A stretch of DNA of 57,190 bases, from contig CAZYOZ010000006.1 of assembly GCA_964649235.1 (NCBI GenBank), positions 1-57,190 of the forward strand, written 5' to 3'. The position numbers and the translations under genes were made by a program. The stretch comes from an uncultured Candidatus Bathyarchaeia archaeon (lineage in GTDB: Archaea > Thermoproteota > Bathyarchaeia > 40CM-2-53-6). Below are positions 1-9,157 of the stretch, in pieces (the first letter of the stretch is position 1; the number at the start of each line of letters is the position of its first letter). The notes beneath the pieces are model-generated. The model worked only from the letters and a program-made list of their open reading frames with translations. It had not been told where the DNA came from and searched no databases.

Positions 1-43
1 TGTCAATGTTGACAAAGAATCAAGGGGTTTTGAGGTTCAAGGA

Positions 44-376
44 ATGCAAAAGTCCGCCCTGTTTGATGGCAGAGATGTGCGAGACATTGTACTGCAAACC
101 ATCCGTCCGCACAAAATACGTGGAAATCACTATCATATCAAAAAGACCGAATGGTTTCTTGCCATAAGAGGATTCGCTACCCTATCTTGGTTTGATGTTG
201 GGGGTTCTGACCCGCAGAAAGGGACTGAACTTATGATTGCTGATTTCCAAAATCCAAAGCTTTTCGAAATTCAACCGAATACTTGCCATGTCGTTGAAAA
301 CAAGTCAGAGGAAGATTTCTACATGCTGGCTTTTTCGAGTGAGGATTATGACCCGAAGGGTAGTCCCAAGTGCTAG
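44..376 (+). CDS. Cupin-fold protein, WxcM/FdtA- or RmlC-like sugar-nucleotide isomerase/epimerase family; probably 5'-truncated by the window edge
   Basis: The frame stays open back to position 2. The 'IRGNHYHIKKTEWF' block and the beta-rich pattern are typical of sugar-nucleotide cupins. Confidence 0.6.
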   Translation: MQKSALFDGRDVRDIVLQTIRPHKIRGNHYHIKKTEWFLAIRGFATLSWFDVGGSDPQKGTELMIADFQNPKLFEIQPNTCHVVENKSEEDFYMLAFSSEDYDPKGSPKC

Positions 377-498
377 TAACGCTCCAAATTCAAAGCCCCC
401 TCAAAAGTACCCCCCTAAAAGTCCCGACATGTAACACCAAAAACCAAGTCCAGAAGCCGTAACAGAACCCGGAGGAGGCCTAGGCGCGAGCTCTGCTT

Positions 499-1452
499 CT
501 AGGCCGAGACGAAGAGGAAGTCTTTCACTTTGTCTTCTGATAATTCGGCTATGAATCCTCTCAGTAGGCCTTCTGTGTATTCGCTTCCTGGGTTGACGCA
601 GATGGTCCGGCCGATTGTGAAGTATCCCTTCGATTCGTGTATGTGGCCGTGCAGTCCGAGCAGGGGCTGGTATTTCTGGATGGCTTCCAGAACCGATGTG
701 CTGCCTGCCGGCGCCATCAGGGGGCCTGAAGCTGAAAGTTTCGGCTGCATCTTCTCGTCCAGTTGTGGTGCATTGTCTAGGGTTGTTCCGTAGGGGGGGC
801 AGTGGAAGTTGAATATGCTTCTTGCCGGGTTCTTCAGGCTACCTGCCATCCGCTCGATCCTATCCTTCAGTTCGTGTTCGGGTATGTCCCGGGGGCACTT
901 CCATGGCGTGATGTTCGTGTAGCCCGTGCTGATCATTTCGTGGCTGGCGTCGATCTCAATGAGTTTCCCCTCTGGGGATATGATTGTGGTGGATTCTGCG
1001 AGGATCTCGTCGACGAAGAATGAGTCGTCGTTGCCCGGGGATACGAAGCATTTGATGCTTGTCCCCTTCAGCTTCTGCTCGGCGTACGCGATTAGTCTAC
1101 GCAAAGACTCGCTGATGACCTTCCTGAACACCTCATCTGACTTGCTTGGGTTGTTGCGGAGTTCCATAACCTCACCGGGCGTTGTCCTGTAGGCGTAGTA
1201 CCCGACTGCTCGGATCCTCTGCTCAAGCTCTTCGAGTTCCTTGCCGGGCTTGAGTTTGTAGTCCTTCCCGAGGAAGCTGGCCACAAAAGTGCCGTCTGGC
1301 TGTTCAATGATTGGGATGAAGTATTTTCCTGTGATGTCGCCGCCTATGATGAGCACGTCAGCCTTGTAGAAGGGTCCGGCGTTGATGAATTTGGTGAAGC
1401 ATCTCTCCGAGCCATGGATATCGGTTGCATAGAATAGCCTCGTCTTAGGCAT
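499..1452 (-). CDS. Metallophosphoesterase (calcineurin-like), triad copy 1
   Basis: Ordered motifs DIHGS, GGDITGK, GNDD and GHIHES. Clear paralog of 28473..29396 and 35275..36231. Confidence 0.9.
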   Translation of the reverse strand: MPKTRLFYATDIHGSERCFTKFINAGPFYKADVLIIGGDITGKYFIPIIEQPDGTFVASFLGKDYKLKPGKELEELEQRIRAVGYYAYRTTPGEVMELRNNPSKSDEVFRKVISESLRRLIAYAEQKLKGTSIKCFVSPGNDDSFFVDEILAESTTIISPEGKLIEIDASHEMISTGYTNITPWKCPRDIPEHELKDRIERMAGSLKNPARSIFNFHCPPYGTTLDNAPQLDEKMQPKLSASGPLMAPAGSTSVLEAIQKYQPLLGLHGHIHESKGYFTIGRTICVNPGSEYTEGLLRGFIAELSEDKVKDFLFVSA

Positions 1453-1474
1453 GGAATGTGACCGCTGCGGCCGC

Positions 1475-3040
1475 CTATTCGGGCGGTATCTCTCTAAAGG
1501 TTAACTCCAGAGGCAGGCCCGTACGTTTCCTGTACGCCCAGGCTACTGCGTAGATGATGGCGCCAATTATCATCAGGGACACTGAGAACGCCAAATAGCC
1601 TGGCTGGAAGGTGCCCGCGTAGGCGGGCGCGACGCTCGCGTAGCCAATGTAGATTGAGCATACGAGCGTCCCGGCCCCAAGGATGGATATGACGGGTACG
1701 CCTGCGATCCTCCTCTTGACTATCTCCGGCGAGGTTTCGAAGATGTTCTTCCTCCTCCACGGGAAGATGATGCCGGCTAGGGATGCGAATGCTTGCATGA
1801 CCATCCAGCCGAAGCTCGCGTACAGGAAGTAGCTGAGTAGGTTCGTGTAGACCCAGAGCACCATCGCAATAATTGACGCGATGGTTGTGAGTATGATGGC
1901 CAAGTATGGCGACCGGTACCTGGAGTCCACCCTAGCCAAGGACATGGGCACCACCCGGTCGAAGGCCCAGGCGAACATCATTCTTGTCCCACCAAACACA
2001 TACGTCAGCGGGGCCGCGATGCTCATGGCCGCAAACCCCAGCGCAACAATGCTGAAGGCCATGGGGTTGCCTACAGTCGCGAACCTGAACAGGTTCTGGA
2101 ACCAAGGCGGAAACGGCAGCGTATACGCCTGGTTCCCCGTTCCAAACAGGTAGGCCATGGAACCCACAAACTGTGGCCCCATCGTGGTCACGGTCACGAA
2201 GTAGTCGGTCCACAGAATGAACATGTAAAGCACGGTGCTTCCCAAAATGGCTACGAACTGCGACCTCCTCACATCCTTGATTTCAGCAGAGTAGTAGACT
2301 GAGGAGTTGAAGCCCGTGAAGCTGAAGTAGGTAAACGCCACGGCGAGCAGCGTGGAGCTCAGCACGTATGAGCTTGGGTAGCCCGCCTCGGCGCCGGCCT
2401 TCAGGACTTCGTCATAATTCATTCCTGAGAATGCGTTGAAGTTTGCCTTGAAGCCCTCCGTGCCAAGCGACAGCAAAGTCGCGTTGTACGCAAGAATTGC
2501 GACTATGGTTATGATGAACAGGACCCAGAGGAATATGTGGGTGGCCCTAGCGCCCCGGGTGATGAGTACGCCGAAGAATATGTAGAGCACTATTGCCACG
2601 ATGAAGGTGCCGTTCGAAGAAGCCAACCAACCCGCAAGGTCCACCATCCCCAAGACTTCGAACATGGGGGCCAACGAATACTGGGTCACCCAGAACATTG
2701 TGGCCCCCCCAATCCCCAGAAGCGCGATGTTGAAGAAGAAATTCATGGAGAAACCTATCAAGGGGTGAAGCACCCGGCTGTTCCAGACGTAGTCGCCGCC
2801 CGACCTGGGCATCGACGCGTTGAAGACTGCGTAGAATGCCCCCACAACGAGTGCGACAACTTCAGAGATCAGTACGGTTGTTGGCAGGTCCGCGCCCGGA
2901 AAGAGCGTAGACGCCCAGATTCCGTATATCCACGTACCAAGAGGCGCCATCCACATGATATTGTAAACCAACGCGTCCCAAGCGGAAACATTCCTTGCCA
3001 GGCCGGATGCCTTTCTCGCGAAATACTCAGTGGTCGCCAA
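1475..3040 (-). CDS. APC-superfamily amino acid/polyamine-type permease, triad copy 1
   Basis: 521 aa with many hydrophobic spans, an 'MPRSGGDYVW' block and a C-terminal 'EIPPE'. Paralog of 29517..31145 and 36250..37812. Confidence 0.9.
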   Translation of the reverse strand: MATTEYFARKASGLARNVSAWDALVYNIMWMAPLGTWIYGIWASTLFPGADLPTTVLISEVVALVVGAFYAVFNASMPRSGGDYVWNSRVLHPLIGFSMNFFFNIALLGIGGATMFWVTQYSLAPMFEVLGMVDLAGWLASSNGTFIVAIVLYIFFGVLITRGARATHIFLWVLFIITIVAILAYNATLLSLGTEGFKANFNAFSGMNYDEVLKAGAEAGYPSSYVLSSTLLAVAFTYFSFTGFNSSVYYSAEIKDVRRSQFVAILGSTVLYMFILWTDYFVTVTTMGPQFVGSMAYLFGTGNQAYTLPFPPWFQNLFRFATVGNPMAFSIVALGFAAMSIAAPLTYVFGGTRMMFAWAFDRVVPMSLARVDSRYRSPYLAIILTTIASIIAMVLWVYTNLLSYFLYASFGWMVMQAFASLAGIIFPWRRKNIFETSPEIVKRRIAGVPVISILGAGTLVCSIYIGYASVAPAYAGTFQPGYLAFSVSLMIIGAIIYAVAWAYRKRTGLPLELTFREIPPE

Positions 3041-3176
3041 AGAAGAAAACTCATTGCAACGGCTCGGCCGGTGCCGATATAAGACTTTGCTAAGAGTTCT
3101 ACCGCGCTACTTACGTTACGGGGCTTATTCGCTACTCTACTTACCAGAATAGAGTCTTCTTAGAGTTGCAGACCAG

Positions 3177-4004
3177 CTAGGCACGCGAAAGTTCCTCCAC
3201 ATCCCTATACCATTTCCTCTTCTCGCCAATGCGCGCCCGCACCATCCAGCCCGCAGTCTTGGGCTGCGCGTTCACGCGCTCCAGTAGGATTCTTATCTTG
3301 GACACGATGTCGTCCCTGTCTTCCTGTTCCAGCTTCTCCGCCCCGGCCGTGGCTTTTTCGAGGCGCTGGAGGTTAGTCGTGATGGTCTTCCAGAGGCCCC
3401 AGTCGCGGCCGCAGAGGTACGCGATTCTACTAGCATTGATGGTCTCTTCATCGGAATCTCCAACCGGGTGTTCCCTCAGGAGCATCATCGAGTCGATGAC
3501 GTCTTTCTCGTCCAGTTTAACGATCTGCATCTTCTCCAGCAATAGTTCAGCGATGGGAACCGTAACCTCATCGGCCTCCAGCCTACCATTGAACGGTATG
3601 TCGTGGCAGAAGGCTAGCTTGTCGAGGAAGACATCGCAATGCCTTTTGTTGGCGCTGTTGTCGATGAATAGCATTCTGTTTGCGCCGAAGAGCATTGTCA
3701 CCTTGAGGTCTTCTTGGTAGCCGAGTTCCGCGAACAGCCTGCTGATCTTTGAAGCGAACTTGCGGTAGGATGCGAAATCTATGTCAGAGAAGGAGCGGCC
3801 CAGCATCTGCTGCATGTACGAGAATTTTGGGCAGTGAAGACTGAAGGCTAACGCTCCCAATAATCTAAGTGGTATCGCTTCAGAGGCCGCAGCCCTAACG
3901 ATCCTCTGAGCCTCCTCGATGAAACCGGGATTGATGTTGCCGTATTTCGATGCCGAAGCCATGCCAACCAGCAACCGGCTGTTGCCGCGTCTGCTTTTGA
4001 GCAT
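3177..4004 (-). CDS. Uncharacterised ~275-aa protein with a Pol-beta-type nucleotidyltransferase-like signature, triad copy 1
   Basis: 'LRLLGALAF' followed by 'SDIDF' and 'DVFLD' fits an hG[GA]...DxD plus third-carboxylate pattern. Also has the conserved 'AELLLEKMQI' and 'DWGLW' blocks shared with 27496..28350 and 34430..35254. Confidence 0.75.
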   Translation of the reverse strand: MLKSRRGNSRLLVGMASASKYGNINPGFIEEAQRIVRAAASEAIPLRLLGALAFSLHCPKFSYMQQMLGRSFSDIDFASYRKFASKISRLFAELGYQEDLKVTMLFGANRMLFIDNSANKRHCDVFLDKLAFCHDIPFNGRLEADEVTVPIAELLLEKMQIVKLDEKDVIDSMMLLREHPVGDSDEETINASRIAYLCGRDWGLWKTITTNLQRLEKATAGAEKLEQEDRDDIVSKIRILLERVNAQPKTAGWMVRARIGEKRKWYRDVEELSRA

Positions 4005-4115
4005 TTGGGCTCACTCCCAGCCGCCTCATTCAGGCCGAGCCTCCAACGTACCCGGATTGGTAATGGATGAAAACATTCAAGATGCTAGGCGCATGCTGCT
4101 TGCGGGGGTTTCGTC

Positions 4116-4979
4116 TTGGTTCCTGAAACAAGCGGCTACGTGGAAGTGAATGGGTTCAAGCTGTTTTACGAAACCTTCGGGACTGGAAGCAACATTCTCC
4201 TCTGCCTGCATGGCGGCCCGGGCGTCCCCCACGATTACCTGCTGTCACTTGGAAAACTGGGGGACGATAAAATCAAAGTGGTCATGTACGACCAGCTGGG
4301 CGTGGGCCGTTCCGAGAAACCGAAGGACACCTCCCTCTTCACAATCGAATACGGCGCAGAAGAAGTGGAAGGCGTAAGAAAGGCACTCAACCTGGGCAAG
4401 GTCAACCTGCTGGGCTCGTCCTACGGAGGAGCCCTAGCCCTCCAGTACGCCCTGAAGTACCAGCACAACATCAAGAAACTCATCATCGCAAGCGGCCTGG
4501 CAAGCGTTCCGGAAACCGCTGCTGAAATGCAGCGCCTCAAAGGACTACTGCCCAGGGATGTTCAGGAGATTTTCGAAAAGTACGAGGCCAAATGGGCCTT
4601 CCTCCATCCTGAATACCTGAAGGCCGTGGAAGTGTACTACCGCAACTTCCTGTGCAGAAGGTCACCCTGGCCTGAAGAAGTGGAACGTGCCCTCAGCGAG
4701 CTGAGCGTCCCCGTCTATTTCACAATGAACGGCCCCAACGAATTCACGATAATCGGAACATGGAAAGACTGGGACATAAGAAGCCGGCTCCACGAGATCA
4801 AGGTTCCCACGTTAGTGACGGTCGGGAAATACGATGAAGTCACACCAAAAGTAGCAGAAACAATTCACAAAGGCATAGAAGGATCGAAGCTTCTCATATT
4901 CGAGAATAGTGCACACCTAACAATGTGGGACGAAGAAGACCTCTACCGCGAAGCAGTCAGGGAATTCATCGAAAAATAG
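4116..4979 (+). CDS. pip: Proline iminopeptidase-type alpha/beta hydrolase (S33 family)
   Basis: 'LLCLHGGPG' oxyanion motif, 'GSSYGG' nucleophile elbow and a length of ~290 aa. Confidence 0.8.
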   Translation: MVPETSGYVEVNGFKLFYETFGTGSNILLCLHGGPGVPHDYLLSLGKLGDDKIKVVMYDQLGVGRSEKPKDTSLFTIEYGAEEVEGVRKALNLGKVNLLGSSYGGALALQYALKYQHNIKKLIIASGLASVPETAAEMQRLKGLLPRDVQEIFEKYEAKWAFLHPEYLKAVEVYYRNFLCRRSPWPEEVERALSELSVPVYFTMNGPNEFTIIGTWKDWDIRSRLHEIKVPTLVTVGKYDEVTPKVAETIHKGIEGSKLLIFENSAHLTMWDEEDLYREAVREFIEK

Positions 4980-5341
4980 ACTCCCAGAGGCTCCGCAAGA
5001 TCGATAAGACTTAAACTAAAGTGTACTGGACGGGTGCTTGAAAAGCCACTTCACCTAAACGATTCGGACTGCCGATATAGGATGCACTCTGGTCAGAAAA
5101 GGGTACAGAGAATTTCTGGAGAAACACGACTGAGGCCCGGCGGGTCAAGCCAGCATTCCCTTAAGATAATTTCCACGCGTGGAATCCGTGGAAATTATCT
5201 GGAGCTCGATGCGACCCCTTCCCACCCCATTGCCTGATCAGAACTATCTCATGTGTGGGACTGGGAATTTTCCTATTACCACAAGAGGTTGCCCCGAGAA
5301 GCGTTCCACTACTGTCATATTCATCCCATTTTGCTCCATAA

Positions 5342-5653
5342 TCACGCTATGGCATGAATCAGTTGAAGGAGTAACCACAGCGCGCGAAAATCGCCCTCGG
5401 GCAGACGTTTGATTGCTAACGAGACTGCTTTCATGATCACTTGGAGGCTGGTAAGTAATCGAAACTCTGGCCCATCTCGTTTCACCGTTTCAGCGCAATC
5501 CAGAGGGTAAAGGTGCCGATAGATTCGTGATCTCGAAAGGGGCAGAGCTTTGGAATTTTTCACTACAGTTGAAGGGCCGAGGTGCTTCAGGACCTCTAGT
5601 ATCCTAGCGCGGTTTTCACTCCAAACTTTTTTCTGAAATCTATCTCTTGGCAT
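5342..5653 (-). CDS. Hypothetical small protein, possibly a winged-helix (ArsR-like) regulator
   Basis: 'ARILEVLKHLGPSTV...LSRSRIYRHL' resembles a wHTH recognition region. The evidence is weak. Confidence 0.35.
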   Translation of the reverse strand: MPRDRFQKKVWSENRARILEVLKHLGPSTVVKNSKALPLSRSRIYRHLYPLDCAETVKRDGPEFRLLTSLQVIMKAVSLAIKRLPEGDFRALWLLLQLIHAIA

Positions 5654-5768
5654 GTCTTGAAATGATACCTAATCAGAAAGATAAATCTCATTACATTCTA
5701 TGTAATTCATGAACGAGTTGACATAACCTAATCTTCTTGTCTACCCGATATCTCCGCACGAAGCGACA

Positions 5769-6182
5769 ATGTCCAAACTCGAAAAATTGAGTTCGGGCTT
5801 TGCAACTTGGAAATGGCTTTCCGGCATTTCCGCCAAAGAGAAACAATGGTTCTTGGAGGCTGTCCGATCGCGCAACGGCTATGAGGCTTGGATGACACAC
5901 CTCTCTCAAGGACTCAGAGATGAGCAGTTCCTTTTGGAATTCGAAAAGACCGCTGACCCATGGGAACGGGCGCGTTTGGTTGGCGAACGAATTAGCTCAC
6001 TTCGAGCGTCCTTTCTAAAGTTGACGATAATAGACGGAATCGTTCATGGCATGATTGAGCAGAATCCGCCTGAAACAATCATGAAATTTATCCGGTATAA
6101 CTCAATGAAAGCCGTGGCACAGTTGACGGCCAAATACCAACCAGTCAGGCGAAAACCACCAAAGGTGCCCAGATCGAACTAG
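5769..6182 (+). CDS. Hypothetical protein
   Basis: 137-aa ORF in an otherwise ORF-poor stretch. I recognised no motif. Confidence 0.4.
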   Translation: MSKLEKLSSGFATWKWLSGISAKEKQWFLEAVRSRNGYEAWMTHLSQGLRDEQFLLEFEKTADPWERARLVGERISSLRASFLKLTIIDGIVHGMIEQNPPETIMKFIRYNSMKAVAQLTAKYQPVRRKPPKVPRSN

Positions 6183-6488
6183 TAGGAAGTGGGTAGTCCG
6201 TTACTGATACACAAACCTCAGCCGTCGAATCTGGGCGTCAGAAATGAAACTCTCAACACCCGTGAGGCCTATCCAGCTGATCCGAAAGCACGACATGAAT
6301 GATAGCGAAGTAAACAGACTTACTGAGCGGCTGGATGAGATTGGCTATCTTCAAAGCTCAATGGTTAAGCAGTTGAAGAACGTCAACACTTCCAGGCCTG
6401 AGTGGTGAAGAGCAAAAGTTCACGTTTGAACCGAAGAGCATTTTACTGTTTCCGCAACCAAACTTGTGCTCTAGATGGAGCTTTCGGG

Positions 6489-7016
6489 ATGCGGACGGCT
6501 TTCCTAGTCGTTTTGATCTTGGCACTTGCCTCGCTGCCGGCCACACCTCTGAGTAGCCACGCGAATGGGTACGAGATTGCTCCTCATTGTGATTTCAGCC
6601 AGCGGCAGCACCAGAATGATGACGCGCTCGCAGAGGTCGACGTGATCTACGAGAACGGAACCTACATTCAGAATGCCACAATTCATGTTGAAGGGTATTG
6701 GGGAATCCTTAGGCTCGCGAACGAGACGTGGACACATCCTGTTGGCTGCCTCACGGCCATCGCGCAACAGGAATATGCCCATTGGACAGTGTACGTGGAC
6801 GGCTACGCTCCTGTCAGTTGGCTTTGGGCCCCGCAGAAGTCTGGCGAATACGCTCTCACGTACTTTGTGTACCATTCAACTGGAGCAGAAGTGCTCACGT
6901 ACGACGGGAACGCATTCGCGTCAATTGTTCCGGAATTCCCGGCTACTGTCCCGGTGTCAGTTGCGGTATTGCTCGCGGCACTCTTGGCCGTGGCGAGGCG
7001 GAGAGGAGGCCACTAG
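6489..7016 (+). CDS. Secreted protein with a PEF-CTERM-type archaeosortase sorting signal
   Basis: ATG at 6489 gives the signal peptide 'MRTAFLVVLILALASLPATPLSSHA'. The C-terminus 'PEFPATVPVSVAVLLAALLAVARRRGGH' has PEF, a hydrophobic helix and an Arg cluster. Confidence 0.75.
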   Translation: MRTAFLVVLILALASLPATPLSSHANGYEIAPHCDFSQRQHQNDDALAEVDVIYENGTYIQNATIHVEGYWGILRLANETWTHPVGCLTAIAQQEYAHWTVYVDGYAPVSWLWAPQKSGEYALTYFVYHSTGAEVLTYDGNAFASIVPEFPATVPVSVAVLLAALLAVARRRGGH

Positions 7017-7182
7017 ATCCTTCGGGTCCCCGCCCGATCATGCAGCCGAAGACAATTGCATGACCAGAGCTAAGCCTCCATCCTGAATGCTGACAGAGTC
7101 GCGAGTTTTGTCCAAAATGACGCAAAACCACGCAAAAGTTGCCATGTGTTTGTCAAGAATCAGCCATATCCCGTCAAACACC

Positions 7183-7192
7183 ATTATATATT
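7183..7192 (+). promoter_or_regulatory. Candidate archaeal TATA box upstream of the 640-aa surface protein gene
   Basis: 'attatatatt' lies ~45 nt upstream of the TTG start at 7235. Confidence 0.25.
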
Positions 7193-7234
7193 GTGAAATC
7201 AGCCTAAACGCCACATAGTGCTGCGTGCTGCCAT

Positions 7235-9157
7235 TTGAAGAGGCTACAGGGCCGTTCTCTCTACGTAGTGTTGCTAGTGGCCTCCGCGCTAGTCGTTTCC
7301 ATGCTGGCCACTTACGTCCCGCCAGTCCACGCGGCATCCATCACGCTTAGTCCCACGAGCGGTTCACCCCCCGTGAACCTCGGGGGTACGCCGACGGCTG
7401 CGGCGACTGAAGTGATAATCACTGGATCAACCTTCTTGGGCAATAATGGTTGTCAGGTCAGCACCCCATCGACGGGGTTCTTTATTGACAGAACTGGTTT
7501 GCCCGCTTGCTCTGTTAGCAGTACTACAGGCGCACTAACGGTCAGGTTCAGAGTCGGTGCTGGTTCAACATTTGGTGCGAAATCCGTCGTTGTCACCGGA
7601 ACTGTTAATGGAGTTCCGAGCAGTGACACCGCTTCAGCAACATTCACTGTGGACGCAAAGATAATGCTCTCGGCTGGCTCGGGGCCACCGGGAACAGTGG
7701 TATCAGTCTACGGGTCAGGTTTTTCTTCAGCTTCGGGTGCTTGCGTCCTAACCGGGACGCCTGTTATCCTCATGAGCTGTGATCAGGATGCCACTGGGCA
7801 TGGCACGATCGTGGGCCAGTTCAGTGTCGCGTCCATCGCGGCAGGATCCTATTTCATCCAAGTCGACGATTCTGGTGGTCCTCCACCGTCTGCATTTGCT
7901 CCGTTCTTGGTGACTGGGGGTACAGGTCCAAGTCTAATCTTCTCGCCGAACATGAGTCCCACTGGGACATCTGTCACCACGACGGGCTCCGGTTGGAATC
8001 CTACGGATGTATCCGTAACGCTCACTGCCGCGGGCCCTGGAGGAGGTGTATTCTTCAGCGGTGTGAACCCGACTACATTCACATGTTCAGTTTCGGGGGC
8101 TTCAATTTCGAATTGCCAGTTTACGGTGAAGTCCGATGCAGCCGGAGCACTTGGGGGAACTTATACTATCACGGCTACGGGTTCGCAGGGAGATTCTGCG
8201 GTCGCGCAGTTCCTTGTTCAGTCAACTTTTGTTGTAGCACCGAATAGCGGTTTGCCTTTGAGTACTGGTACGTTTTCCGGGTCTGGCTATCTTATGCTTG
8301 TCGCGGACTGTTCGTCTGGAATCTCAGGATTTCCCTCTCCGCTCTTCTCTGCGGTTTCATGCTCCATCACCGCAGGGGGCCTCCTGTCAGGGACCTATAC
8401 AGTCGATGCAGGAGCGGCTCCGGGCGCGCATACTGTTACTATCTCTGGAATTTTCGTCCAGCAAGGGTCCATTTCGGTTCCATTTACTGTAGTGGTGCCC
8501 TCGATAACACTGACGCCGAGCGTGGTCACTCCAGGAGTGCAGATCTCTGTTGCGGGGTCTGGCTTCAGTACTTCCGACACCGGATGCACAATCACTGGTT
8601 CAGTGGGCGGTCTCGTCACTTCGCCAACTTGCTCCAAAGTCTCAGGGTCAGCCAGTCTGGCTGGGACTTTCACTGTGGGCAACGTTGGCCCAGGTGTTTA
8701 TACTATCACCGTTACGGGAACGCCGACGAACGACGCGGCATCAACTACGCTTACGGTTGTTACGCAGGTGACCACGACGTCGACTGTATCGTCTTTCACG
8801 AGCACGACTACTTCTTCGACCAGCACTACGACAACTGTTACTACTACGGGGACTTCAACGTCGATTAGTACCACGACCGTGACTTGGACGGGTAGGTCGA
8901 CAGAACTCTTCATAGTGGGTACGGTGACCACCATGTCCGCGCAGAGCACAACAAGCTCGACAATGTCTTCGACGACCACATACTCGAGTACGACGACGTT
9001 GACGTCAACTTTGACAACGTTTCTGGCGACGACGGTTACGGTTACCATTGGCCAGGTCTTGCGAAGCTTTCAGTCTCAGCCGTACGCTGACTCTTTCGGG
9101 TTCTTTGCGGTCCTGCTGGTTTTTGCCCCAGCGATTTTCAGGAGGGTCAAGCGTTGA
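7235..9157 (+). CDS. Large surface protein with a signal peptide, tandem Ig-like repeats, a Thr/Ser-rich stalk and a C-terminal anchor
   Basis: N-terminal hydrophobic signal ending 'VHAAS'. Five to six ~90-aa repeats each carry a 'GSGF/GSGW/GSGY ... C' core. There is a long T/S tract, and the C-terminus is 'FGFFAVLLVFAPAIFRRVKR'. Confidence 0.85.
   Translation: MKRLQGRSLYVVLLVASALVVSMLATYVPPVHAASITLSPTSGSPPVNLGGTPTAAATEVIITGSTFLGNNGCQVSTPSTGFFIDRTGLPACSVSSTTGALTVRFRVGAGSTFGAKSVVVTGTVNGVPSSDTASATFTVDAKIMLSAGSGPPGTVVSVYGSGFSSASGACVLTGTPVILMSCDQDATGHGTIVGQFSVASIAAGSYFIQVDDSGGPPPSAFAPFLVTGGTGPSLIFSPNMSPTGTSVTTTGSGWNPTDVSVTLTAAGPGGGVFFSGVNPTTFTCSVSGASISNCQFTVKSDAAGALGGTYTITATGSQGDSAVAQFLVQSTFVVAPNSGLPLSTGTFSGSGYLMLVADCSSGISGFPSPLFSAVSCSITAGGLLSGTYTVDAGAAPGAHTVTISGIFVQQGSISVPFTVVVPSITLTPSVVTPGVQISVAGSGFSTSDTGCTITGSVGGLVTSPTCSKVSGSASLAGTFTVGNVGPGVYTITVTGTPTNDAASTTLTVVTQVTTTSTVSSFTSTTTSSTSTTTTVTTTGTSTSISTTTVTWTGRSTELFIVGTVTTMSAQSTTSSTMSSTTTYSSTTTLTSTLTTFLATTVTVTIGQVLRSFQSQPYADSFGFFAVLLVFAPAIFRRVKR

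Noticed and set aside
2537-3082. 181-aa plus-strand ORF inside the permease gene. Similar long antisense or alternate-frame ORFs lie at 11301-11861, 14893-15339, 15994-16488, 28446-29072, 41964-42506, 42362-42820, 55316-55777 and 55863-56429.
   Set aside because: Each lies wholly within a strongly supported gene on the other strand or in another frame. Their composition is Arg/Pro/Gly/Ser-rich, typical of off-frame reading, and none has a recognisable motif.
8698-9048. 116-aa minus-strand ORF rich in Val and Asp. Similar ORFs lie at 9147-9380, 9942-10478 and 10475-10819.
   Set aside because: They are the reverse-complement reading of ACN-rich Thr/Ser codon tracts (ACN complements to NGT, giving Val/Asp-rich products). 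The plus-strand genes have signal peptides and sorting signals; these ORFs have none.
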